From assembly GCF_006345805.1 (NCBI RefSeq), contig NW_021833987.1:1-52124 (forward strand): a stretch of DNA of 52,124 bases. Direction: 5' to 3'. Positions 13,446 to 26,064 of the stretch are shown piece by piece. This DNA is from Octopus sinensis. Its lineage: Eukaryota. Under the pieces are notes generated by a model. It did no database searches. It worked only from the letters and a program-made list of their open reading frames with translations, and was not told where the DNA came from. Position numbers and translations under genes: made by a program. Within the stretch, counting starts at the first letter, position 1. Each line of letters starts with the position of its first letter.

Positions 13446-13817
13446 GATGTGTATTTTCCTCGGCGTATAAGCTGTGCACGTGCAGTGCTAGACATTTCCT
13501 TGCCTCCGCAACATCTCCCCTCCACAGACAATTACTGCAAAATACAGTAAAATATGGTATTAGCTAAGTGATTTATTTTCTCCTGGAGTGGCTGGTAGCT
13601 TAACAAACACAACGATCTGGATGAAAAGTATTTGGCCAAAAATCCAACATTCAAATAAACATCCAACCAAAAATGGACGATAAGGGAAACAAATGACAGT
13701 TGTTTAGCTTCGTGTCAGCTCGGGAAGACAAAACAATAAACAATACAACGAAAATGATCAAAGTAAAAAAATATTAAAAAGCAAAAAAGCTCCCCCCACA
13801 CAAAAAAAAACAAAAAC

Positions 13818-13986
13818 AGGCGTGTGCTGTGTGGTAAGAAGCTTGCTTCACAACCATATGATTCCAGGTTCAGTCCCATTGAGTGGTATGTTGGACAAGT
13901 GTCTTCTACTATAGCCCCGGGCCGACTAAAACCTTGCGAGTGGATTTAGCAGAAGGAAACTGAAAGAAGCCCATCATGTGAGTGCT

Positions 13987-14017
<31 letters not shown>

Positions 14018-14068
14018 TATATATATTATGTGTGTGTGTGTGCGTGTGTTTATATATATATGTATATA

Positions 14069-14118
<50 letters not shown>

Positions 14119-14360
14119 GTGTGTGTGTGTGGTGTGTGTGTGTGTGTGTGTGTGGTGTGTGTGTACTTGTGTGTGTGTTTGTGTCCACCATCGCATGACA
14201 ACAGCGTTGGTTCGTTTACTTTCCCGTAGCGGTTCGGCCAATAAATACTTGGCTTAAAAAAAAAAAAAGAAAAGTAGTCCTGGGGTCGATTTGTTCGACT
14301 AAAATCCTTGAAGGTGGTGCTCCAGCAAGGCCACAGTCAACTGACCAAAACAAGTAAACG
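13818..14360 (+). mobile_element. SINE family A with expanded internal microsatellite
   Basis: Collinear match to the reference copy. Confidence 0.85.
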
Positions 14361-15184
14361 ACAAAAGGCAGACCTACTATCTGAGAAATTCCAGTGTGAC
14401 TATCCTTTCTTGTATATTTCTCGAGCAATGGATCTCCGACTATTGTGCCATTTTCCTTAAACTTGTATAGAAGTTGTGATCTGAGGGAGATTTAAGCTGC
14501 TGTTTCTAGTATGTTGAGCGTGAATTGCTCCTCTTAATTTTGTTTTTAACGTTATGTCCTTAACCATAAACATGCGAACCCAATTCATTCTTTCCTTGTT
14601 TGTGAGACGGCAGGGTATGACTTGAGGGAGATGTGACTGCTGTTTCAAACAGTTTAACTGCAGTTTTTTTCCTCATTGAGTCGCTTATGAAGTATACGGT
14701 GCATGCATGTGTGAGAGTGTGTGTTGGTGTGCATGCGCGTGTGTATGCTTATGTGCATTCGTATTTTGCATTGTGTAGTATGTCTGTGTGTGTTGTGCAA
14801 TACGTAAGTGTACGTAATAGGTTGTATGTTATTTGACGTTTGTTCACCGTCGTCGTCGTTGTCGTCCGTTTCCTGATTGTCTGCCATCAATTAAATATAT
14901 CACGTCAATGTGTCATCTTTGTTTTCGTCCTTTTCATTTGTGGTGGCGGTGGTGCGGTGGGGTGACGGTAACGACAATAATGGCGATGCTGATCATCATC
15001 ATCACCATCAACATGATCATCGTCGTTGTCGTCGACATCGTTATCATCATCATCACTATCTTGATGATGATTATGATGATGATGATCATTATCATCATCA
15101 CTATCGTCATCATCATCATCGTCGTCATCATCGTCATCATCACCATCGTAGTACTGATTTATTTAAAAACAATTGCTAGCTTCC

Positions 15185-15219
<35 letters not shown>

Positions 15220-15346
15220 CATGTATGTGTGTATGTATGTGTGTGAGTGTTTGTACTTGTATGCGTGTGTGTGTGTGCTTATGTAATATGGTTATAATAA
15301 TATTGTCTCTGTGTAAGTGGAGTATTTTCTGAACGAAATTGCATGT

Positions 15347-15379
<33 letters not shown>

Positions 15380-17171
15380 GTGTATGTGTGTGTGTGGGGG
15401 CGTGAGTGCACGTATGTGCCTATTGAGCGTGTGTGTAATGGTGATATGGTGGCGGGGTGAGGTGGTGCGGGATAGAAGGCGCCGTGATGATAAGGTGACT
15501 GTGAGAAAGGCTTGAACTTGTGTCTGTGTGTCCGTGCTGTTGAGATTTGGTAAACAAGCGGGGCCAATGTAGGCGGATCTGCGTATGTGTGTATATGTGT
15601 ATATATAGAGGTAGGCGTGTACATATGCGCGAGGTTATGTGTGTGTAAGTGTGTATGCGTGTGTGTGTCTGTAGTGTGATTGTGTGTATTTATATGTAAA
15701 TATTTATGTGTGAGTGTGCTTGTGTGGTGTTATTTGCGTCTTATTTGTGTCTGTATGCATTGTGGAAGTATGTGCATGTGTATGCATGTGTATGTAACTG
15801 TATGCATGAGCGTATGTATGTATGTATGTATGTGTGTGAATATCTCAGTGTTTGTTTCTTCGAATGTACGGATAAGTGTGAGTGAATACTCATGAGAGAG
15901 AGAGGAAGAGAGAGAAGGGAGGGTGAGAGAGCGACAGAAAGAGAGGGACGGAGACAGATAAGGAGAAAGGGGAAGGGAAGGATACAGGGAGAGAGCGAGA
16001 GAGAGAAAGGGGGAAAGAGAGAGAGAGAGAGACAAAAAGAGAGGTTAGGGAGGGAGACACAGAGTAAAAGAGAGAGGTAGTGAAAGAGGAGGCTTTTGGA
16101 TGTTTAGGGACAGATTTGAAATGAAAAATTAAGAAGAAAAAAGAGAAAAAGAATAGTAGAAAGGTGATTATGTTAGCTGCTACATCATCAGACGGGATAG
16201 TCACGGGCTGGAATGCTTTTAATCATTGATCTGATAGATTAGCATCGAGATGTCGTTAAGCAACAACAACAACATAAAATTTCCGCCATCAAAAAGCCAG
16301 AGAGGGAAGCTTCGCGTAGACCCTCAACCTGCTGGAAATAACTACAACATACTCAAATCCCAACCTACACTCTTAAAAAGGATAATTGAACACTTTGAAT
16401 AATGTAGGCCCATCCCGCATAAAAAAAGGTGGAATGGTCACAGTTGGAATCATATGTCTGCATCATCAAAATCGACCTTGGACACAAAACAACAAAAGCC
16501 AGCATCTATCAAGGCCAGTCTCGGGTGATCTTTGTGCCTTATAGAAATAATCACCAAATCGTGCACCAAATCTCCGGTCTTACAAGACACACTAGATTCT
16601 TCAGTCCTTGGTATATAAGTACAGAGAGGAAGGCGATGATCATATATTATAGGTCTATTCGAACAAGGCTGACTAGAAACTAAACAACAACAACAGCAAT
16701 AACTTGTGTCTCAGTGACATGTGAGTTAATGGCGTAACACCTATATGGCAGCCCGATTTGCTAAACATAGCAGCAAATATCGCTATAATAAAACAAAATA
16801 ATGATGGCCACGACTGCTTGATCGGAGATGACCTGGAACTAAACACAGCTTGCGTAGCTTACTATTTCAATTACGTTCAATGTGCACATTGACTGAAATT
16901 GGTATAATAAAAGCTTCTGTCTGTCTGCCTGCGTGCCTGCCTGCCTGTATGTCTCTCTTTTTCTCTCTGTGTGTGTATGTGTACATGCATACATACACAC
17001 ACACATATATCTTCAGCGTCATCTCCACATCGCCACACACATACAGCAGACCCGTCCAAAGCAAAGCAATAGGCCCAGGGTAAATGAGAAATGTATGCCT
17101 CATGTCAAACTACTTACGAAATATTTTAATCAGTGCTAAATATACACAGCTTTCGGATGAGATATGGTAAT

Positions 17172-17204
<33 letters not shown>

Positions 17205-17348
17205 TTATCACACAATACTATAAAGAGCAAGAGAACGGTAATTCTTTACTGGTATCCTCTAACCAGTGAGAGCAGTTTCCTTCAAAATCGCGGGCCCATT
17301 CCAGAATGCTTTCCTCGGACCTCAACTCCACACGGTTTGTGTGTGTAT

Positions 17349-17421
<73 letters not shown>

Positions 17422-17739
17422 TGTGTGTGTGTGTGATGTCATTGGGCCTTAACTCATTGGGATGGACATTATAGCAACTAGTGGAGCCAATTCATCGTCT
17501 TGTTTCAGGAGAGGAATAGACAGGCAAACAGACTGACTGACAGACAGACTGACTGACAGACAGACAGAAGGAATTAGAAGAGAGAAGAATCGATCCATCG
17601 ATCCCAGTATAGGACCGGTACCCTGTTTTTCCCTACTCTATAAGGATGAATGGCAAAGCTGATCTTGACAGGATTTGAACTTACAACGCAGAGCCGTAAC
17701 GATTACCAAAATACATTCAATTCGATGCTATAAAGACTT

Positions 17740-17788
<49 letters not shown>

Positions 17789-18183
17789 TAATATATATAT
17801 ATATATGCATGTCTGCCTCTGTCTCTGCCTCCGTCTCTGCCTCTCCCTCTTATCTGTCTCTCTGTCTGACTACATACACGAAGATATCAAGAAAAATACA
17901 TACATGTATGACGTGTATAAACATGTCGATATCATAGTATATTCTTACGTGTGCTTGTATATGTACCTATGTTTATTGCGCATACATACCTGCCTTGTAC
18001 TCAATGTTATAGCGTGTGTTTGCGTGCGTGTATGTGTTGGAGAGCGAAAGCAAATGGCGAAGAGGTTTGAAAGGAGATAGATAGAGAGAGAGAGAGAGAG
18101 AGGGCAAGAGAGAAAGAGGGCAAGAGAGAAAGAGAGAGAGAGAGAGAGAGAGCGGCATGGGGTGCATAGACAGAAAGAGAGAC

Positions 18184-18271
<88 letters not shown>

Positions 18272-18848
18272 ATATATATATATGTATATATATGTATATA
18301 TTAAGAGTGAAATAGAGACAACATAAATCGACCACCATCGTCACTGACGACAACAACGATGCTAACATCAGCATTACTCCCTCCTCACCCTCCGCCTCAT
18401 CATTGCTCCCACCTACGTCTTTATAAACTCTGCTCTATCATCATCATCATCATCATCATGTTCCTGTCACGCGCCAAACAAAACATTGTCTTTGAAAGTC
18501 TGCAATTGTCGTCTTTACCGTCGTTGTCATCACCACCGCCGTCTTCGTCGTCGCTGTTGTTGCACCGGTTGACCTTTATAGTTCACTGTTTGAAGTTAAT
18601 TCGACGTCATTTTTGTTCAGTCTTACATCATTGCAATATCACACAAAGACATCTGCATCCGCCGACACCATATCTACGACCCACCACCACCACCACCACC
18701 ACTACCACCACCACTACACACCTTCCACATCGCACACAACATCTTCGTTAGCAGTTTGAGAAGCATTTTATTTCATTCGATTTCATCATTTACATGTTTC
18801 AGCATTGAACTGCGCCCAGGCTAGAGCACCATCTTGAAGGGTTTAAGC

Positions 18849-20829
18849 CTAATGGTTCTCAACTGGGGTCAATACAGCCCTTGTGACGGTGGTGGTGATG
18901 GTGGTGGCATGTAAGATTTTGTTGTTAAAATTTATCTGCAATAAATTGGTTTCACTTCTACAAGACACAAAATATGTTCATTTGTCTTCGTTTCGCTCTC
19001 AGAATCGTTAGTACACTTGGCAAAATGATTAGCAGCATTTCCCCCATCGTCGTGTTCTGAGCTCAAATTCGGTCATGGTAGACTTTGTCTTTAATCTTTT
19101 CGGAGTCGATGAAATAAGTATCAGTCGAGCACAGGGGTCGATGTAATCGACTTACCCCTCCCCCTAAATTGCTTGCCTTTGTCCTAAATTTGAAATCAAT
19201 AATATTTGATTATAAAAATATAAAATGACATTTTTAAAATCATCTTGTCATGGAGATGATTTTGAAAGCAGCGGACTTTTCGGAACAAATCGCCCATGTA
19301 CAATCACCTAAGAAGGTTTTCAAGGATGAAGTGACACTCCTGTCGACAGGCAAGCAAATCATGCAGAGTGCCCACTTGAGGCTAGACGAGCTTGTGAAGT
19401 GGTCAAGGATACGATTCAGGGCAAAAAAGTCACGTAGTTTGACATTTATTTAGGGAGTGCAAAGAAAAGTTTAAAATAACTGAAGAAAGCATTCCGACAG
19501 TCAAGGAAGAACCCGTTAAGGGCTTGGGGTGTGTATACACTGGAACATTGATAGATAGGAGTCGCAGGATGCAAAATATGAAACAAGCCATGGATGGGTT
19601 AACAGCTCAAAGCTACCAGGTAAATATAAAATATGGTGCTTACAGTTCAGCTTGTATTCACGCCTTTCGTGGCCACTTCTAATATACGAGATGGCACAGT
19701 CACAAGTTCAAATCATTGAACAAAAGTGTAATGTGTTCATTAGAAAGTGGCTAGGCCTACCTCGGATATTGAACAGTTCAGCTCTCTATCATAAGAGAGG
19801 CTCGTTGTAGTTACCACTGGCGTCAATTGTCGAAATTTATAAACTGGGGAAGGTACGAACGCTGATGAAGCTGAGAGAGTCGAAGAATATAGAAATCAGG
19901 CGTAATCCACCAAATATAAAAAGAGCCAGGAAATGGAAAGCAGAAACAGAGACTGATGACATCTTGTCTTCACTTATCCATCGAGACATGGTGGGTGCAA
20001 CACAGATTCATCGGAAGGGACTTGGATTTGGCGTAGATCGGTCCAGGCCGTTTGCAAGCATGATGTAGAGCGAACGCAGATCTGTTATTAGCAAGGGAAA
20101 CAAAGAGAACTTCATTTGATCCAATGTGCTCAAGAAGGACAGATGACGAAATGGGGGGAACATGTTGCTGAGAGAAAATAAGTTGGAATGAGATAGAGAG
20201 GTGGACTACATCACGGCTTCTGATTCGTTCATCCTACGGTGTCTTGCCATCACCTACAAATCTAGTAAGATGGAGCGTCTCAGAAAATTATGTATGCAGA
20301 TGCGGAAAAGTCGGAACACTAAAACATATTCTTTCCAACTTTTCACTGGCATTGAATAGACACACATGGAAACACAACCTGGTCCTTAAGGTTATCTTTA
20401 ATGTTATAAAGAACCAAATTGCTCTCATCAATAGTGGCAAAAAACCATTGAAAGAGCCAACCGGAGATTTACTTAACTTCATGCGCTCAGGACAGCGGAT
20501 CCTTTTCAAGAACAACAAACTTCCTGTGAGCGATGAAAAGTGGAACGGCTATTGAAAGGTGGCTGCGGATTTACCAGGGTATCAAGGATTCTTTCCCATC
20601 CCAGTTACGAAGAAGCCGGATATCATAATATGGTGTGAAAGAGAGTGTAAATCTAGTCGGGTTAATGGTTCCTCATGAAGATAACATGGACGCCACTCGG
20701 GCTCGAAAGATTGATCGTTATGTAAACCTCCTCGACGAATATAAAGACGCAGGCTGGAAAGCGGAGCATTTTCCAATCGAAGTCGGATGTCGAGGGTCCA
20801 TAGGTAAAATAAACGGTTGAGAAACACTG
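18849..20829. mobile_element. hAT-type MITE interrupted by a SINE and a LINE fragment
   Basis: Pieces 18849-18980, 19200-19245 and 20794-20829 match the reverse complement of 43046-43305 in collinear order. Confidence 0.7.
19240..20797 (+). mobile_element. Decayed HERO-like non-LTR retrotransposon (RT C-terminal part, zinc knuckle, restriction-like endonuclease)
   Basis: Frameshifted segments read VMEMILKAA...FKDEVTLL (decayed xxDD), PGKYKIWCLQF...IRKWLGLPR, LPSPTNLVRW...CRCGKVGTLKHILS...WKHNLVL, PDIIIW and VPHEDNM...HFPIEVGCRG. Many stops and frameshifts; both ends missing. Confidence 0.85.
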
Positions 20830-20979
20830 GTTTAGTGGAACAATTCGTCCCCGATACTTATTTAAGCCTACTAGCTTATTCTATCGATCTTTCAGTCGAA
20901 TCGCAAGTGTTACAAAGACGTAAATAAACTGACACCGATTTTCAAGCGATAGTAGGGCACACTCGCGCACGCACGCGTG

Positions 20980-21012
<33 letters not shown>

Positions 21013-21310
21013 ACACATCGCAATCTATTCTTTAAAAACAATTTCCACAGCAGCCAAATCTCCCTGAGATCATAAATTGCCATCTTCAAAATGTACAAGT
21101 TTATATTAGGTTGTTTAGATTTAAAGACATTTTGTCAATAAATAAATAAACAAATAAAATTTAGATGTGATGGTCATGGTAGGTTTGACTATGAAGAAAT
21201 CTTTTCAATCAAACTTAATATAAAAGTTAAACAACTGGCCAAACTAGCATGGCATGAAATTAACCTTTCAATCTACGCTCAGCCTCACGCTCACACACAC
21301 ATCCCGTCAA

Positions 21311-21398
<88 letters not shown>

Positions 21399-21632
21399 TC
21401 GCACATGCGTGTGTATGAATGTCTGACTATATCATATTAAAAATCGTTACTCAAGCACACATAATAAGCTTCACTCCTATTAATTTTAATAACAATAATC
21501 GTTTGATAATAATAATAAGCGGTTTCCGCTATGTATGCGTGTGTGATTATATATATGTATGTATGTATATATATTATATGTATGTATATGCATGTATGCT
21601 TATGTATTTATGTTTAATATTTGTGCGTACAA

Positions 21633-22046
21633 AAGGCAGCGAGCTGGCTGAAACGTTAGCACGCCGGGCGAAATGCGCAGCCGTATTTCGTCTGCTGTTA
21701 CGTTCTGAGTTCAAATTCTGCCGATGTCGACTATGCTTTTCATCATTTCGGGGTCGATTAAAGAAGTACCAGTTTCGCACTGGGGTCGATATAATCGACT
21801 TAATCCGTTTGTCTGTCCTTGTTTGTCCTCTCTGTGTTTAGCCCCCTGTGGGTTGTAAAGAAATAGGTATTTCGTCTGCCGTTACGCTCTGAGTTCAAAT
21901 TCCGCCGAGGTCGACTTTGCCTTTCAACTTTTCAGAGATAGGTAAAAGTAAATACCAGTTGAATACTGAGGTCGATGTTATTGACAACCCCCCCCCCCCC
22001 ATCCCGCTCTCGAAACTGCTGGCCGTGTGCCAAAATTTGAACTCAG
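21633..22046 (+). mobile_element. Tandem/chimeric SINE family B
   Basis: A full copy is followed directly by a headless copy starting at GTATTTCGTCTGCC that has a different 3' tail. Confidence 0.85.
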
Positions 22047-22047
22047 A

Positions 22048-22089
<42 letters not shown>

Positions 22090-22478
22090 GTGTGTGTGTG
22101 TGTGTTCTGCAGATTTGAATGAGTTCATGTTGGGTAGAGATGTAGGGTTGGAGACAAAGGAAGCATTTCAGGGCTGTCCCATTTATCGGAGAAAAAGAGA
22201 CAGAATGGGTTGTATAAGCTTTCAACAGTGAAATGATATAAAATTTACAAAGACAGAAGTCGTAAAGTTACTTTATACATTCCAAGTTAATGATTTCCCT
22301 GTGCCTGATTTTATTTTACTAATCATTAGTAGTTTTGTCATGTATAATATAATTACTACTGTTGGTAAAATTTACTATGTTAATGTTATCTCACCGCCCT
22401 TATAAAAGCCTAACGCTCCCTTCGACATGACCCCGCTGGGGTCGGTACCGCTTACATTGAGAACCTCTGCGCTATACC

Positions 22479-22711
22479 TATTTCTTTACTACACACAAGG
22501 GGCTAAACACAGAGAGGACAAACAAGGACAGACAAACGGATTAAGTCGATTATATCGACTCCAGTGTGTAACTGGTACTTAATTTATCGACCCGGAAAAG
22601 ATGAAAGGCAAAGTTGACCTCGGCGGAATTTGAACTCAGAACGTAGCGACAGACGAAATACCGCTTAGCATTTCGCCCGGCGTGCTAACGTTTCTGCCAG
22701 CTCGCCGCCTT
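22479..22711 (-). mobile_element. SINE family B, full length with 15-bp target-site duplication
   Basis: Head AAGGCGGCGAGCTGGCAGAA, B-box GAGTTCAAATTC; CCTCTGCGCTATACC at both 22464-22478 and 22712-22726. About 18 family B copies or fragments in the window. Confidence 0.92.
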
Positions 22712-22924
22712 CCTCTGCGCTATACCATCCGTCCAACAACTTACGAGTCAAAACTGCACTTAACTATCCCCAACACATTGACTGGAGGTCCTGTGTGACA
22801 TGTGAACCTAAACGTACGATAAAATTAAAAGAAAAATAAATTGCCCTAGCATGGCCGCAGCTCTCGAGCTGAAACTAGTAAATCAAAATAAATACATAAA
22901 TAAAAAAGAAACCAGTCTTTAGCA

Positions 22925-23365
22925 ATGGTTCGTTCTTTCATGGTACTGACTCGGCATTTTTTTCTTTTCTTTTATATTTCACCCCTTCTTTCTTTGATTC
23001 ACTCATTGTATATTTGATTCCTTGTTCCATGATATTGATTCGGTCTTAAACATTTCATTCATTCTTTCCTTATATATTTCATTCGTCGTTTCGTTATATA
23101 TTTGGTTCGGTCTTTCATATCGATTCGTTATTTTTTTCTAGCATTTAATTCATCATTTAATTATGTATTTGATATTTTTTTCTTTCATTCTCTATATTTA
23201 ATTTCGTTCTTATATTTAATTCGTTTGTTCTTTATAGAAACGTTTTCTATAATTTTATTTCTCTATATTTGATTCCTTCTCTATATTTGATTAGTTTCTT
23301 GTTTATATTTTCATTCGTTTGTTGTTTAAATCTGATTCCTTCTTTTGATTCGTTCGTTCTTTACA
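22925..23365. repeat. Degenerate T-rich ~20-bp minisatellite
   Basis: Recurrent TATATTTGATTCGTT-like units. Confidence 0.6.
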
Positions 23366-23751
23366 CTACCTAGCAATTCTCTTATCTACACTTATGTTTT
23401 CTCACAGTTATTCGAGCGTATGTGAATGAATTTTATTAACCAGTGATTTATTTATGTAATCCCCATCAAACACACAACACGAGCCAATGAAAACTTCTTT
23501 ACACGGTCACTTGACTTGTTAGAAATAGCAGCTATATTTCTCTCAAATCAGACCATGCCGCTTATAAAATAACGAAGATCGAGTGAATTTATTCTGAGAA
23601 ACTGATTGGCACGATAAAATATTACAGAACGTCTAACCGCTCAGAATTTACCTGGCGTTAAACAATATGGACAATGAAAGCGGCAGGTGTGACACACAGC
23701 CATACGTAGCATTAATGCATGAACTGCGTCTATTAATTGCTGGAGACGCCT

Positions 23752-24066
23752 TTTATCTTTTATTTGTTTCAGTAAGACTCCGGCCATGCTGGAGCGCCGT
23801 CTTGTAGAATTTTAGTAGAACGAATCGAGCCCAGTACTTATGTTTTGTAAAGCCTGATATCCTTTTGCCGAACCCCTAAGTTATGGGAACGTAAACATAC
23901 CAAACCACACACACGGGCTTCTTTTAGTTTCCATCAACGAAACCCACTCGCAAGGCATTGGTCGGCCCGAGGCTATCGTAGAAGACAATTCCCCAAGGTG
24001 CTGCGCACTAGGACTGAACCCAGAATCATGTGTGGTTGGGAAGCAAGCTTCTTACTACGCAGCCGT
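23752..24066 (-). mobile_element. SINE family A
   Basis: Reverse-complement match with internal deletions. Confidence 0.8.
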
Positions 24067-24230
24067 GTTTATTTTCTTACAATTAAAACTTAAATGTTTC
24101 ACTATTAATGAACGTAAATGAACCACTGCGTAGCACCTTGGAGCAAGAATCTTCTTCTGAGGCCTCGGGTTGACCAAGGCCTTGTGACTAGGTAGGCGGA
24201 AAATAAAAGGAGCCTGTCATATATATATAT

Positions 24231-24842
24231 AATTTTAAAATCTCTCAAAGAGAGACATTCAGTAACAGTTCTTTAAAGTAAAGACTATTTGCCAACATAA
24301 TATGGCTGTCCTGTAAGGGACGATGTTACTTTTGAAACATCATTTCTAGCTGGCTGTACGACGCAATATCTGTGTCTTCTTATTTTCGAAATGTGAGCTT
24401 AGCACTCCCATCTAGCACAAAGCAACATCTGTTGACTAGTTTCTGGGCTATTGTCCTTTATCAACCTCATTATGTTGGCAAATAGCCTTTACTTTAAAGA
24501 ACTGTTACTGAATGTCTCTCTTTGGGAAATTAAAAAAAAATTATATTTCTATTTTTAGATAAGTGACTGTGTGTCACTTTGCAAACTATATATTTCGAAC
24601 GGGGACTTCAGCAACGCCATCTGGCCAAGCAGCTACTCTGTGTTGATAAAGGGCAATAACCCAGGAACTAGTTCACAGATGTTGTTTTGCGCTAGGTGGG
24701 AGTGCTGAACTCCCTGTTCGAAAATATATGGACAGATTCTGTGTCGTATGGCCAGCTGGAAATGATGTTTCTTGGGGCTAAAACAACAGTAACATCGTCC
24801 CTTACAGGACAGCCACATTACGTTGCCTAATAGCCTTTACCT
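24231..24842. repeat. Compound foldback element flanked by (TA)n
   Basis: 24246-24301 is inverted to 24469-24524 (56 bp, 1 mismatch). About 24303-24465 is inverted to 24642-24815 (diverged). Confidence 0.8.
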
Positions 24843-24852
24843 TATATATATA

Positions 24853-25655
24853 TAATACAGAGTAGATGTAATTGAAAACGCAAATCATACGCTGTCAAAC
24901 AGATTCCCGAACGCATAAATGAAGATATTCAATCAATGTAATTGAATCATATAATATTTATACACATCAACATAAATCAAGCATGCACAGGCGTAAAGAT
25001 CCTCCAAGAGTATAAAGAATAAAATCAAACATACATAAAAATATGGAAGAAATATAAAAGCATATAAAAATACATATAATACATATAAAATGTAAAGAGT
25101 TATGCGTTATAGGAGGAGCAAAACGAATGAGAGGATGACAAATATAGGAATAAAAACGTCAACCTTCAAAATGGCAAACCACCTAAATCGTCTAAAAATT
25201 CCTTATACATCTAGGATATGAGATAGAAGTGACGCAAGATATCAAGGTTAAGAACAATAAATAAAATAGGATCCGAAAATAGGTGGGTGGGTGGAGTGTT
25301 TGGTGTTTCCATATACGGCCGTTTCAGGGGTACATTGCCGGTCAGGGCTAAAAATTAAAACCTCCATAAATGCAATGTCTCATCATCAGGATGATGTACT
25401 CCTTGGTAGCTGCCATTATACTAATAAAGCAGAATAAAAAATTCCTAATAAAATATTTTACAGCTAGTATGCAAATGATCACATACTGGGGAGCCGTAAT
25501 TATAATTACAAACATTATTCTAATTTAATTACTTAGTAGATCTAATTTTACAGGTTTTTCAGAGTGAAATTTATGGGTACAGGAGGGGATCGCACTGGCT
25601 CTCTATGAGTATTCCGTAAATAGACCATACTTTTTTTATAACATACTTAATATTA
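24853..25655 (-). mobile_element. Non-coding Penelope-like insert carrying a hammerhead
   Basis: Strand-skewed AT-rich block between (TA)n and (TA)/(CA)n, containing the 25309-25394 hammerhead. Confidence 0.5.
25309..25394 (-). ncRNA. Minimal type I hammerhead ribozyme motif
   Basis: Minus strand TCATC-CTGATGA-TGAG-ACATTGC...GCAATGT-ACCCCT-GAAA-CGGCCG-TA-TATGG. Core intact, stem III palindromic, base of stem II frayed. Confidence 0.7.
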
Positions 25656-25658
25656 TAT

Positions 25659-25749
<91 letters not shown>

Positions 25750-25823
25750 TCTAAACTTTTTTTTGTACTTTCTGCTTTTACCTTTTGTCGTTTCTACCTA
25801 CACTTCTACGGCTTTCTGTGTTC

Positions 25824-25859
25824 CTTTCTGTAGAAGAGCGTAAGCTCGAAACGTTAAAG
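25824..25859 (+). ncRNA. Minimal hammerhead-like motif with variant core (CUGUAGA)
   Basis: CTTT-CTGTAGA-A-GAGC(GTAA)GCTC-GAAA-CG-TT-AAAG. Perfect stem I, perfect stem II with GNRA loop, ACGT palindrome as stem III. Confidence 0.65.
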
Positions 25860-25975
25860 ACTTTTTCACTTCCCGAGCATTATACTAATACATCCGTTTG
25901 CTGTTTACACCAGTCTTCGTTTTTTAATTTTTTTTGTGAATTCTCCCTATATATAACATACTTAATATTATATAT

Positions 25976-26064
<89 letters not shown>

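Noticed and set aside
13460-13560. Strong minus-strand acceptor TATTTTACTGTATTTTGCAG as a possible exon 2
   Set aside because: In phase with the candidate first exon it reaches TAG after 14 codons, and no donor follows.
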